From positions 54,026 through 118,025 of the forward strand of contig JAQBOA010000056.1 of NCBI GenBank assembly GCA_028288305.1: DNA of 64,000 nucleotides, in the 5' to 3' direction. Positions 51,199 through 61,172 of the stretch are shown one piece after another; the stretch's first letter is position 1, and every line of letters begins with the position of its first letter. Position numbers and translations under genes: made by a program. The notes below the pieces were generated by a model. That model was not told the DNA's origin and did no database searches. It was given only the letters and a program-made list of their open reading frames with translations. The DNA comes from Mucilaginibacter sp. GTDB lineage: Bacteria; Bacteroidota; Bacteroidia; Sphingobacteriales; Sphingobacteriaceae.

Positions 51199-51325
51199 CC
51201 CGTAAATTTATTACTCCATAATTTTTCTTTGCCCAGGGTAATGGTATGCCTGTATCTTTCCACTTGTTTTTAAGTGTCCTGTTATGATAATTACCATTGT
51301 ATTCAAGTATATATAATAAATTCGC

Positions 51326-51481
51326 CTTTGTTGGTGTTATCACCAACAAAGCAGGTTGATCTTTGGCTAGAGGATAAACTAGTAGCTACAACTTGGTTGC
51401 GCACGGAGCACTGAATGTAAAAACGGCACGATTCTAAAATATATAAACATACCGGTACTTGTTGGTGACAACACCAACAAG
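51326..51481. repeat. REP-like family F doublet (TTGTTGGTG-N4-CACCAACAA)
   Basis: Hairpins at 51326-51351 and 51458-51481. Confidence 0.8.
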
Positions 51482-51487
51482 GGCAGA

Positions 51488-51526
51488 AAATAAAAAAACC
51501 GCCTCCAACTTGATTTATAGACAGTT
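51488..51526 (-). terminator. Intrinsic terminator following tRNA-Pro 3' fragment
   Basis: Minus strand AACTGTCT-N14-AGGCGGTT stem (two G-U pairs) then T-run. Confidence 0.55.
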
Positions 51527-51537
51527 TTGCTTGCTGC

Positions 51538-51552
51538 GTCGGGGTGGCAGGA
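51538..51552 (-). other. Displaced tRNA-Pro 3' end (putative att site)
   Basis: Minus strand TCCTGCCACCCCGAC equals the T-stem/acceptor 3' end of Bacteroidota tRNA-Pro as recalled; no tRNA body upstream. Confidence 0.6.
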
Positions 51553-51573
51553 CGACAACTATTTTCTGTAAGT

Positions 51574-52926
51574 CTACTCTACCGGCATATAAACAAAAAA
51601 GGTAGAACCCCGGCCGGGGATACTCTCAAAGCTTATACGGCCGCCCTGCTGCTCGGTAAATTCCTTGCACAGCAGCAGTCCAAGGCCGACGCCCTTTTCG
51701 TTTTGGGTGCCAAAGGTTGATCCTGCCTTTAGCGAGAACAAATCTTTTTGCTGCTCAAAGGGTATTCCCCTGCCATTATCAATTATACTGATCTTGCATT
51801 CGTTCATTACTATTTCGGCGCGTATGTCAACCGACCCGCCAGCCGGCGTAAACTTAATAGCATTGCTAACCAGATTGCGTACCACCAGTTGCAGCATATC
51901 GCTGTCGGCCACTACCATAATAGATGGATCTAGCTGGCAGGAGGGTATAATTCCCTTTTTAAGTGCCAGTATGCGTTCCAGCTCGAGTGTCGGTCTAAGT
52001 GCCTCCATCAGGTTAACATCGCTCAGCTTTACCACTACCCCATCCATTTGCGATTTGGACCATATAAGTAGCTTGGATAGCATATTAAGTGTATTTTGGG
52101 TCACTTTCAGCAAGTCGCCCTCCACCACCTCACGCTCCTCTTTCTCCAAACCATACTCAATTACCAGTTCAAGGTAATTCTGTATATTGCTTAGGGGCCC
52201 GCGCAGGTCATGCGCTATGATAGACATCAGCTTATTCTTTTCGGAGTTCAGATGTTCCAGTTGTTCGTTCTGCGCCAGAATGTATTGGTGCTGGTCTTCA
52301 ATCGCACTTTTTTTCTCTTCCACCTGCTGCCTTTCATAATCGTAGTTGCGACGAATGTATTTAATGATATAATACATCAGGATAGCAACCACTAAATAGG
52401 CTGATGTAAGATTTATAAAACGGGCCAACCTGTTTTGATATGTATAAGGTGCCAGCTGCGGATAAAAGTATTCAATAGCATGCATAGCCAGCAATAGAGC
52501 GATATTAAACGCCAACCAGCCCTTATGCTGTTTTGCGGGCGTCACGAATATGATTACAAATAATGAAAATATAAACCCAATATCATTTGGACCGCTGATA
52601 CCCGAGTTGTAGAAATAACTTATCAGGAACAAAATATTACACACAGTGGAGACAATGAAAATGCTGCCGTTCATCTTTCCTTTATATCGCGAGCGATAAT
52701 AGAATCCAAAAAAAGTACCGACTGCTATCAGGTCTAAAAATCCTCCAACCGGAAGGCCGATAATAAAATTAAAGGGCACATTATAGGCCAAGGAAATGAT
52801 AATAACGAGGCAAATGGAATGAAATATCCGGTACTCGAGCCTGAAAACTAAAGGGTCGCCTATAAGCTTAACCCACAACGTATTTATTTTTTCGCGAAAT
52901 CTTATTTGTACACTCACTTTAGACAA
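51574..52926 (-). CDS. Orphan membrane sensor histidine kinase
   Basis: Several TMs, IIAHDLRGP, NLVSNAIKFT, DNGRG, GVGLGL. Confidence 0.93.
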   Translation of the reverse strand: MSKVSVQIRFREKINTLWVKLIGDPLVFRLEYRIFHSICLVIIISLAYNVPFNFIIGLPVGGFLDLIAVGTFFGFYYRSRYKGKMNGSIFIVSTVCNILFLISYFYNSGISGPNDIGFIFSLFVIIFVTPAKQHKGWLAFNIALLLAMHAIEYFYPQLAPYTYQNRLARFINLTSAYLVVAILMYYIIKYIRRNYDYERQQVEEKKSAIEDQHQYILAQNEQLEHLNSEKNKLMSIIAHDLRGPLSNIQNYLELVIEYGLEKEEREVVEGDLLKVTQNTLNMLSKLLIWSKSQMDGVVVKLSDVNLMEALRPTLELERILALKKGIIPSCQLDPSIMVVADSDMLQLVVRNLVSNAIKFTPAGGSVDIRAEIVMNECKISIIDNGRGIPFEQQKDLFSLKAGSTFGTQNEKGVGLGLLLCKEFTEQQGGRISFESIPGRGSTFFVYMPVE

Positions 52927-53139
52927 CCCAAATTTAAAAAATATTTAAAAATAAAACAACTCGAGTTGCTTTTAAATTAAATAATACACTACAAGTCAAC
53001 AGGATAAAAGATTGGTTAAAGTTCTGGCTTTGTTTACGTAAAAAATCACCCATAGGTTTGTTTAAAATATGATGTTCATTATTTGATAGCTTCTAAGAGC
53101 GATGTGGGGTCATAAAATTCTATTTGGGTAGCAATTTTT

Positions 53140-53247
53140 TGTCCTCGGGTCTCTCGCAGAGGACCCTGCGCTCAATCTCCAAATGAACCGTAATTCTGAA
53201 ATGATTAGGGTGCGCAGGGTACTCTGCGAGAGACCCTGAGAGACCGA
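53140..53247. repeat. REPIN family D copy 1
   Basis: Two inverted REP hairpins GCAGGGTCTCTCGCAGAGGACCCTGC around spacer CTCAATCTCCAAATGAACCGTAATTCTGAAATGATTAGGGTG. Confidence 0.92.
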
Positions 53248-53480
53248 ATGTCCAGCCTTTCATATGTAAAGAAATTTAAAAAACTTATTGAAACATAAAG
53301 TATTATGTAAAGAAAACAGCAAAATCTTTACATATAGAATTAGCTACCCCCCATTCAAGCGTGTACCTTCCATTAGCCTTCGGTAAAAAATAAAATTAAT
53401 CCCCAAAACTTTGATGCAGCAATTATAAACCCTAATTTTAAAACGCAGGCATAGCGATCACCTGCCTTAAATCAAAATAA

Positions 53481-54602
53481 ATGAAGCCAACTAAAATAAT
53501 TAATCGCACCATAGCGCTCGGTGCGTTGTTTTACATGGTATGGGGTGTAAACACAGCCATGGCCCAGCCACCAATCCGCGATCCGCATACGCCTGGTTAT
53601 GTACCGGCCACTGAATTACCAGATGGCGCCAATCCTTCGCCCAGCTCCAATGGGAATTTTATTATCGGTCCCACACATGATCCTGCACCGGAATCGATGG
53701 TACAGGCTAGCGTACCGCAGGGGACCATATACCGCTTTACGATGGATTCGAAGGACAGCAAAATTTATCCCGGCATTGCCCGGGAACCAAATACATTTGG
53801 CACGGCAGATCCGGCAAACCCTGCTAAGTTAATCGTCACTACAAGCCATCCGGCTTCCTACACCCGTCAGGTGGCAGTGTATGTTCCAAAACAGTATGTC
53901 GCTGGTACCGCAGCACCGTTCATAGTTGGCGCCGACGGGCCAGATAATTTGCTTTTCATGGTATTGGACAACCTGATTGCCGAAGACAAAGTGCCGGCGA
54001 TGATCGCCATCTCTATCGGTAACGGCAGCGGCGATGCCCAGGGCAGCGAACGGGGCCTGGAATACGATACGATGAGCGGTGTATATGCAGAATTTGTTGA
54101 AAATGAAATACTGCCGCTGGTGGAAAGCAAGTGCCAGGTAAAACTAACCAAAGACCCTGGCGGTCGCGCTGCCACGGGTGGCAGTTCGGGCGGGTCATGT
54201 GCCCTGATTATGGCGTGGTACCACCCGGAATGGTATCACCGTGTGCTCACCTATTCAGGTACTTATATAAACCAGCAATGGCCCTGGAATCCTGAAACAC
54301 CGCAAGGCGCATGGGGATTTCATGAAAACATCATCCCGGAAAGCCCCAAAAAACCATTGCGGATATGGATGGAAGTGGGCGACCAGGACCTTTTTAATCC
54401 AAACGTAATGCGCGACGACATGCATGATTGGGTGGTAGCAAATGAAAAAATGGCAAAAGTACTCGCCGCTAAAAACTATCAATACCAGTTTGTTTTTGCC
54501 CGCAACGCCCGGCACGTTGACAATAAAGTAAGAAAGCAAACATTGCCCGAAGCGCTGGAATGGCTTTGGAAAGATTACCGCCCGGCGAAGGTTACGCAAT
54601 GA
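53481..54602 (+). CDS. Secreted enterochelin-esterase-like alpha/beta hydrolase
   Basis: Signal peptide, VYVPKQY, RGLEYD, GGSSGG nucleophile elbow, H in RHVD. Confidence 0.88.
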   Translation: MKPTKIINRTIALGALFYMVWGVNTAMAQPPIRDPHTPGYVPATELPDGANPSPSSNGNFIIGPTHDPAPESMVQASVPQGTIYRFTMDSKDSKIYPGIAREPNTFGTADPANPAKLIVTTSHPASYTRQVAVYVPKQYVAGTAAPFIVGADGPDNLLFMVLDNLIAEDKVPAMIAISIGNGSGDAQGSERGLEYDTMSGVYAEFVENEILPLVESKCQVKLTKDPGGRAATGGSSGGSCALIMAWYHPEWYHRVLTYSGTYINQQWPWNPETPQGAWGFHENIIPESPKKPLRIWMEVGDQDLFNPNVMRDDMHDWVVANEKMAKVLAAKNYQYQFVFARNARHVDNKVRKQTLPEALEWLWKDYRPAKVTQ

Positions 54603-54668
54603 TGAATGTTTGTTAAACCCATTTTCTGTTTCAGCAGGGTCTCTTTTATATATCTCAAAATCAACAAC

Positions 54669-54789
54669 TTGTCATTGCGAGCGAGGAACGAGCGTGGCAA
54701 TCGCGAACTGTGCATGACCGCCATACATTACCGCCGGCCAAAACCGCTATGTAAAGTTCGCGATTGCCGCGCTTCGCTCGCAATGACAA
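54669..54789. repeat. REP-like family A
   Basis: TTGTCATTGCGAGCGAGGAACGAGCG...CGCTTCGCTCGCAATGACAA; near-identical arms to 16666-16760. Confidence 0.9.
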
Positions 54790-54923
54790 AGGTTTTTATG
54801 GGTAAACTTAAACGTGCCAGAGACCTTGCGACGACGCGAAGCATTGCAAGATCCCGAAATTAATTATCCGCAATTTTCATAATAAATTTAATAAACGTAA
54901 ATTTAAACAGCCAATGTGATAAA

Positions 54924-55316
54924 ATGACTACACCTGAATTTTTAGCCAGTTTGCCGACCGACAGGCAGGAATTGATGAACACGCTTCACGAAACGATTAT
55001 TGCGAATGACCCGAATGTGACCTTCGCCATTAAGCCGATGATGGGCAAAGAAATGATTATGTATGAGGAAGGCCATTACATGAAATACGCACTGGCCAGC
55101 GCAAAAAGCCATATGTCGCTTCATTGCCTGCCCATGTATATGAACGCGCCCTTACATGCCAAATATACCGGCCTGTTGCCCGCCGCCAAATTTCAAAAGG
55201 GTTGTATTAATTTTACCGATGCCGCCGCTATGCCGGTTGCAATAGTGTCTGCCTTGATTGCTGATTGTTCGCCGATCAATATACCTGCAATGCTGGAAAA
55301 CAGGAAAAAGAAATAA
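54924..55316 (+). CDS. DUF1801 domain-containing protein
   Basis: FLASLP.DRQ, ALASAKSHMSLH, KGCINF. Confidence 0.82.
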   Translation: MTTPEFLASLPTDRQELMNTLHETIIANDPNVTFAIKPMMGKEMIMYEEGHYMKYALASAKSHMSLHCLPMYMNAPLHAKYTGLLPAAKFQKGCINFTDAAAMPVAIVSALIADCSPINIPAMLENRKKK

Positions 55317-55379
55317 AAGATAATTTGGATAAAGTGTTTAGTGATTGAAAAATAGCGAAAGATGAAGGAAAAGCACGAT

Positions 55380-55512
55380 TCTAAGCGTGGGCGGTGCGAT
55401 TCCCTCCCGATAGCTATCGGGAAGAGGGGCGTAGGGGTGTGTTAACATGCATGGTGTAATACCCACCCCTGCCACTACACTTGTCATCGCGCCCCCTCCA
55501 AGGAGGGAAACC
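55380..55512. repeat. REP-like family H inverted pair with CCCGATAGCTATCGGG core
   Basis: TTCCCTCCCGATAGCTATCGGGAAGAGGGG ... CCCCCTCCAAGGAGGGAA. Confidence 0.75.
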
Positions 55513-55677
55513 AACACAATACTCATATTATCAATTAGTTAATATGTTTATTTTAAGTATTTCAATCGCTAAACACGTTTGGATAATCTGCTGACGATTT
55601 TATAGGTGGTGAACCGGCAATTGATCCGTTTATATCGCAAAACTCAAAGCACTAAAGAATCTTAAACCAATAAAACC

Positions 55678-56958
55678 ATGAAAAAAATAATATTGTTCCT
55701 TTTAACGCTTTCCTTCGCCTGCATGGCGCAGGAAAGGCCGCAGGCTACTACTGCCGTTGTAATGACGCCGGAACTCACACAGGTAGTGATCGATACTTTG
55801 TCCAAAGCATTGTTAACTAACTATGTTTTCACAGATAAAGCCCGGCTCATGAGCAAGTACCTTTACGGGCAATCGGCAAAGGGTGCATACAGGGCTATCA
55901 AAGACCCACAGCAGTTCGCTGAGCAAATCTCAACCGACCTGCAAACCGCCTGCCCTGACCTGCATATGGGTTTCCATTTCGATCCCCGGCTGGCGCAAAT
56001 GGGTCCACCTCCAATGCATGCTCCTAACCCGCACCAGGATTCGTTGCGGAATGTGTTTATGGAGGCACATAATTTTATGTTCACGGCTTCAGAAATTTTA
56101 CCCGGCAATGTCGGCTACGTAAAATTTAACGGGTTTGTGGATGTTACTCCCTCCGCCAAAGAAACCGTTACAGCGGCCTTTCGCTTTGTACGGCATACCA
56201 AAGCATTGATCATCGACCTGCGGGAAAACCATGGTGGCAGCCCGGAGATGGTGAAACAGGTGGCAAGTTATTTTTTTGCGGAAAAGACACGAGTAAATGA
56301 TATCATTGTCCCCAACAAGCGTGACACCGCCAAAGGCTGGACGGACCCGACAGCCACCGACGGGCTTATCCTTCGGATGCCGGTGTATGTATTAACCAGC
56401 AGCAGCACGGTTTCGGCGGCTGAAGATTTCGCCTACGGGATGCAAATGGCGAAAAGGGCAACTATAGCAGGTGAAAAAACAGCCGGCGGCGCCCATCCGG
56501 TAGGACCGGTTTTTTTGGGTCATGGATTTGTAGCGGGCATTCCGTTTGCCCGTTCGTATAATATCCATACCGGGACAGATTGGGAAGGCACCGGGGTTAT
56601 TCCGGACATTGCGCTTAAGGCGGATGCATCGCTGGACGAAGTCAATTCAACCTTATTCCCGAATTCCTGGTTTGCAAATCAGCATAAAGCCGTAGACCAG
56701 CCGGTAGAACACTCGGCTGTTCAGGCCTACCTTGGCACTTACGAGGGCGGGCTAAAGTTTTATACAAAAGAACATGCCCTGTATTGTGAAAACCCGGAAC
56801 GGGGAAACCAGGTTTTTAAATTGCGTTATATCTCACCCGGGTTTTTCCAACTGGACGAAAACGTACAGGTTAAGTTCGGGCAGCAGCAAGGATCCGCTTC
56901 CGGCATGCAGTTTTACTGGAGCGATGGCAACATCTCGTTTAAACAAAAGACCCAATAA
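55678..56958 (+). CDS. S41-family peptidase with DUF3471-like C-terminal domain
   Basis: GNVGYVKF, LIIDLRENHGGS, TVSAAEDF (Ser), IAGEKTAGGAH, WEGTGVIPD. Confidence 0.92.
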   Translation: MKKIILFLLTLSFACMAQERPQATTAVVMTPELTQVVIDTLSKALLTNYVFTDKARLMSKYLYGQSAKGAYRAIKDPQQFAEQISTDLQTACPDLHMGFHFDPRLAQMGPPPMHAPNPHQDSLRNVFMEAHNFMFTASEILPGNVGYVKFNGFVDVTPSAKETVTAAFRFVRHTKALIIDLRENHGGSPEMVKQVASYFFAEKTRVNDIIVPNKRDTAKGWTDPTATDGLILRMPVYVLTSSSTVSAAEDFAYGMQMAKRATIAGEKTAGGAHPVGPVFLGHGFVAGIPFARSYNIHTGTDWEGTGVIPDIALKADASLDEVNSTLFPNSWFANQHKAVDQPVEHSAVQAYLGTYEGGLKFYTKEHALYCENPERGNQVFKLRYISPGFFQLDENVQVKFGQQQGSASGMQFYWSDGNISFKQKTQ

Positions 56959-57099
56959 AAAGATTTGAAAATTTCTTCGTCGACGCAGGATTGCTCGCAG
57001 AGGACACTGCGTCCTCTCCGGGGTATATTTTAATTGGGATTTTTGCAGATTATTATTGGTTCAATTGATGATCCGACCGCTCATAGCCGCGGAGGCTTA

Positions 57100-57260
57100 G
57101 TTACTTTTTGTCTTGATACAAAAAGTAACCAAAAAACCGAAGCAAAGCGAGCTCATGAACACCTTTGAAATTAAACAAACTGTGAATAAATCAAGACAGA
57201 AAAAACCTTCGGCCCACAGGCAAAACGCCCGGCCCGGTTTTCTGTCGTGCCTTTGCCCGC
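57100..57260. repeat. Structured intergenic element (GTTACTTTTTGT-CTTGAT-ACAAAAAGTAAC)
   Basis: Perfect 12-bp hairpin followed by GC-rich hairpins; single copy in window. Confidence 0.5.
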
Positions 57261-57455
57261 TTTTGATTTCGTATTGTGTCCCCCGCTGCCCTTTAGATTA
57301 ACAGAGGACAAAAACAAAGATTCCCGCCGGTTCAAGCGGCTAATGGAGCAATATTTGATGTAGTAATGAACCGGGCAATAGTATGATAAATCTCGTATTG
57401 GCAGACGCTTTGCAGACAACCACATTAAACGTTTAAGTCAAAAAAATAATGTCCA

Positions 57456-57743
57456 ATGAAAACTTTAACCGAATTTAAAGAATCTTTAAGTTTAGAACAG
57501 CCCATTAACGACCTATCTGTTCAATTAAAAAGCCTTTGGTATGATGGGAAAGGCGATTGGCATCAGGCGCATGCCCAGGTTGGTAAGCTAACAGATAAAA
57601 AATCGGCATGGGTTCATGCCTATTTGCACCGTAAAGAAGGTGATATTGGGAATGCCGATTATTGGTATAGCAAAGCACAACAAATCCGCCCGAAGCTATC
57701 TTTGGAAGAGGAATGGGAAGCTTTAGTATTACAATTTCTTTGA
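57456..57743 (+). CDS. Conserved hypothetical protein
   Basis: WHQAH...AWVHAYLHRKEGDIGNADYWY motif of a widespread small family. Confidence 0.85.
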   Translation: MKTLTEFKESLSLEQPINDLSVQLKSLWYDGKGDWHQAHAQVGKLTDKKSAWVHAYLHRKEGDIGNADYWYSKAQQIRPKLSLEEEWEALVLQFL

Positions 57744-57838
57744 TGAATAAATCAGTAGCGCTCAGAGGAATCGAATCAGCGGGGGGAGTAACTATTTAAC
57801 TTCCCGCAGGGTATGTCTGCGGGAAGTAGTGGCTATAT

Positions 57839-59920
57839 TTAATTAACCTTGTCCCAAACATCTTGTCCAAAGGCCAAAACCTGGGTAATGTGGCCGGCAT
57901 TGTCACTCGTAAATTGTAGCGTAAACCCAGGTTGCTTTTTTGAAAAAAATGATAGCGGGCTTGTGGCTGCAAAATCAATTTGTTGGTCATCCCATAATTG
58001 CTTTAAAACTAAGCCGCTGTCAGTAGCGCTAATTTGTATAAATTGCCCTTTTTCTTTTCTAAACTCATACTTGCCCTCCAGTTTTTTCAGGTCCTGTGCA
58101 GTTAATTTTATTTCGACAGGGGCTTTATAGCTATCATTTCTATCCCAAACATCTCTTCCAAAGGCCAAAACCTGGGTAATGCGACCGGCATTATCAGCGG
58201 TAAACTGGAGGGTAAACTCCGGGTTCTCTTTTGCCGAAAACGCTAAGGGGCTTGTGGCTGTAAAATCAACTTGCCTGTTATCCCATAATTGCTTTAAAAC
58301 TAAGCCATTGCCCGTAGCGGTAATTTGTATAAATTGCCCTTTTCTGTCCTTAAACTCATAATAGCCCTCAAATTTTTTCAGGTCCTGTGCAGTTAATTTT
58401 ACTTCGGCGGGGGGTTGATAGCTGTCAACTTTATTCCAGTCTTGTTTATCTGAGGCCCTGAATTTTGTAGCGATACCCTCGTCATTTTTTGTGAATTTAA
58501 CGATTTTGAGGTAAGGGACGTGAACAAAAAACGAGACATCCGATTGGACCAACATAGTTATTTCTTTGCCATCCCAAAGTTGTTTAGTGATCAATGTGTT
58601 TTGTTTTGCAATAACCTGTACGTATGCCGCCTTATTCGCCTCACTTTGGTAAATTCCTTCCAGGGCCTTAAGCTGCTGCGTATTAAGTGCAGCTTCCTTT
58701 GAGTTACCGTTGTTTGCCTTAAGCCAAACATCCTGGCCAAACGCCAGTACCTGTGTCACATTTCCATCTTTGTCTTTTGTAAACTTAAATGGTGCGTCAT
58801 TCGCTGTGGCAAATCCAAGTTCACTTTTTTGTTTTAGTGAAAATTCGCGGCCGTCCCATAATTGTTTGAGCACTAAAACATTGTTTACTTCGGTTAATTT
58901 GATATATGCACTTTTATCAGGCGTTTGATATAAACCTTCAAAAGCTTTTAAGGGGCCGACATCAAACTTCGCGCTTTTTCCGCTCACGTTTTTCTGCAGT
59001 GTGCTTGCGTTTGATGGGTTAATTAAGAAATAGCTGGCTGCAACCAGCAACAATACAAACGCATACTTGTACGCATTCGTGTTTGGCGATTTTTTTAAAT
59101 TCATCATTTTAATACGAAGTTTAATTTTTGAAGAACTATATAAATTGGTTAATTGGTAGGCCTGGAAGAGTTTAAGCGAACTATGCAGAATACTAAGCTG
59201 ATAGTCCTTTTTATTAACGCCGCTGTTTATAACTTCGCCATCCACAATGTATTCGTGGTTGAGCTTGATACATCGTTTTAAGTAAACCATTAGCGGGTTA
59301 ACCCATAGTATAGCGTGCGCCAGTTCTGCAAAAAGTATGTCTATACTATGCCACTGCCGTATATGTACCTTTTCATGCGAAATAATTTGCTGCAATTCAC
59401 GATCATTAAAAAGTTGTTTGTTGATGACCAGGTAGTTGAAAAAGGAAAACGGAGCAGTTCCGTCAAAAGCACAATAGTAAATACCGCCTGTAAATTGTTT
59501 ATCGGTCTTTTTGATCAGGATGCTGATTTTAAGCAATTTTATAAACAATCTTATCAGTAAGACAAAGCTTACTAATAAGTAGGCACCAACTAAAGTTTGC
59601 ATTAATGAAGGAGGTGTAAAGCCTGGTTTAACGGCAACATAAGCGGTGTTAACGTGCGTATTAACCATTTGCGAATTACCAATAGTTGTGTATAGGCTAT
59701 TTAATGGGTTAGCGGTTGTTATTTGACGTTGAATTGTGTCTAAATGCGAAAAACTCAGCTCAGGCAAAAAAGGCAAAAACAGTGATAACAATAAACTGAA
59801 TAGCAGGTAAAACCTATTTTGCCAAAATGATTTATCGTTTTTAAGCACCAATAAATAAAACAGGAACAATATGGATATGACCACATTGGCCTTTAACAGG
59901 TAGATAATTAATGGTTCCAT
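57839..59920 (-). CDS. M56/BlaR1-family metallopeptidase with four tandem DUF3471-like domains
   Basis: TM N-terminus, APFSFF, HEKVH, NHEY..D; four ~95-aa repeats each with L..(F/L)EG.Y and KQLWD. Confidence 0.9.
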   Translation of the reverse strand: MEPLIIYLLKANVVISILFLFYLLVLKNDKSFWQNRFYLLFSLLLSLFLPFLPELSFSHLDTIQRQITTANPLNSLYTTIGNSQMVNTHVNTAYVAVKPGFTPPSLMQTLVGAYLLVSFVLLIRLFIKLLKISILIKKTDKQFTGGIYYCAFDGTAPFSFFNYLVINKQLFNDRELQQIISHEKVHIRQWHSIDILFAELAHAILWVNPLMVYLKRCIKLNHEYIVDGEVINSGVNKKDYQLSILHSSLKLFQAYQLTNLYSSSKIKLRIKMMNLKKSPNTNAYKYAFVLLLVAASYFLINPSNASTLQKNVSGKSAKFDVGPLKAFEGLYQTPDKSAYIKLTEVNNVLVLKQLWDGREFSLKQKSELGFATANDAPFKFTKDKDGNVTQVLAFGQDVWLKANNGNSKEAALNTQQLKALEGIYQSEANKAAYVQVIAKQNTLITKQLWDGKEITMLVQSDVSFFVHVPYLKIVKFTKNDEGIATKFRASDKQDWNKVDSYQPPAEVKLTAQDLKKFEGYYEFKDRKGQFIQITATGNGLVLKQLWDNRQVDFTATSPLAFSAKENPEFTLQFTADNAGRITQVLAFGRDVWDRNDSYKAPVEIKLTAQDLKKLEGKYEFRKEKGQFIQISATDSGLVLKQLWDDQQIDFAATSPLSFFSKKQPGFTLQFTSDNAGHITQVLAFGQDVWDKVN

Positions 59921-59931
59921 GGTATTTAAAT

Positions 59932-60294
59932 TTATTTGTCCTTATCCTCTATCATTTTAACGATTTCTTTTAGTTCATCTAACGATACTTCTTGCTCTTC
60001 CGCAAAAAACGATACCACATTTTTCATAGAATCACCAAATAGCCCCGCTAAAAGAGGCCTTACAAATTTCCTGGTATATTCCATTTTCGATACCGCCGCC
60101 GCATACCGGTAGGTGCTTCCAAAATCTTCAAATTTTAGAAAACCCTTGTCTGCCAATCGGCGCATCATGGTTGCCACGGTATTGATATGGGGTTTAGGGT
60201 CGGGCAACTCGTCACGCACCTCCTTAACAAAAGCTTTTTTTAATCTCCATACCACCTGCATTATAGTTTCTTCTTTTTCGCTTAGTCGTTTCAT
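59932..60294 (-). CDS. BlaI/MecI/CopY-family repressor
   Basis: LSEKEETIMQVVW, NTVATMMRRLADKGF, FGDSMKNVVSFF; ATG at 60294. Confidence 0.93.
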   Translation of the reverse strand: MKRLSEKEETIMQVVWRLKKAFVKEVRDELPDPKPHINTVATMMRRLADKGFLKFEDFGSTYRYAAAVSKMEYTRKFVRPLLAGLFGDSMKNVVSFFAEEQEVSLDELKEIVKMIEDKDK

Positions 60295-60307
60295 ATACAA
60301 TTATAAA

Positions 60308-60342
60308 ACTAATATTGTAATTAAACAACTACAATTGTAGTT
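60308..60342. promoter_or_regulatory. BlaI/CopY-type operator pair (TACAnnTGTA)
   Basis: Perfect AACTACAATTGTAGTT at 60327-60342; degenerate ACTAATATTGTAAT at 60308-60321. Confidence 0.8.
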
Positions 60343-60658
60343 TTTATAAAATAATTTTGAATCTTCTATATAGTCTCGTTTTTTTGCACGTAGGTATGCG
60401 TCTGCTACTACATCAAACAAAAAAGTCACCCGCTGCCGCCCCGAATTATCGGGATGGCCCGCTGACAGTTAATAAACTATGCCGATATCAATTACCTGAA
60501 AACCCAGCTTCAGTAACGCACCTTGAATTTTCCAGAAATATGCGTAGGTTAATTATCGCATGTTTAGCCAGCATGGTTGCTACTTAGCGTGCGGGCCACA
60601 AGCCGGGAGGCTTGCGGCAGCGAAAGAAAATTGCTTGCGGGAGCCAGGGGGAATAAAT

Positions 60659-60984
60659 TTACCTATTACTTGTATACGCAACAAAATCCCGGTTGTACCT
60701 GCTGCGATATTGAAGGGGCGACAAGCCGGTCAGCTTCTTAAAAACAGTGCGGAATGTTTTAGGGTCCGAGTATCCAACTTCGGCCATTGCTTCAAAAACC
60801 CCTCCCTGGGTTGATTCCAGGTTTTTTTTAACAGCTTCAATTTTCACCCTTTGCATATACTCCTTTACCGTGTTTGCAGTAGCATTCTTAAACCTGCGTT
60901 CCAGGTTGCGGCGGCCCAATGCAAGCATGGATGCCAACTCTCCTACAGTTATTTGAGTATGAATATTGGCCTCGATATATATAT
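60659..60984 (-). pseudogene. AraC (GlxA-like) regulator, C-terminal remnant
   Basis: YIEANIH...RRNLERRFKNAT...VGYSDPKTFRTVFKKLTGLSPLQYR; N-terminal domain absent. Confidence 0.82.
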
Positions 60985-61131
60985 CACTTCGTGGTCGTCC
61001 CTGTAATCATAGGCCAGGGACCGCGCCTGGTGGAGAACGGCACCCTGGCAGAGAAACTCAATTTAGAGCTTGTTGCGACAAAGACTTTTAAATCGGGATC
61101 TATAGCGCTTCATTATAAAAAGCGGGCATAA
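60982..61131 (+). pseudogene. DHFR/RibD-C family protein, C-terminal remnant
   Basis: YHFVVVPVIIGQGPRL...FKSGSIALHY; paralogous to two downstream genes. Confidence 0.82.
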
Positions 61132-61172
61132 TAACCCGATCAGTTCAGGTAACAAAATGCGTCTTTGTAAAC

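Noticed and set aside
51538-51552. Functional tRNA gene
   Set aside because: Only the 3' 15 nt match; no D-arm, anticodon arm or TTC loop. Reported as an att scar instead.
60357-60658. Short ORFs and a GCCACAAGCC-GGGA-GGCTTGCGGC hairpin upstream of blaI-like
   Set aside because: No coding motifs and a single hairpin copy; cannot be assigned.
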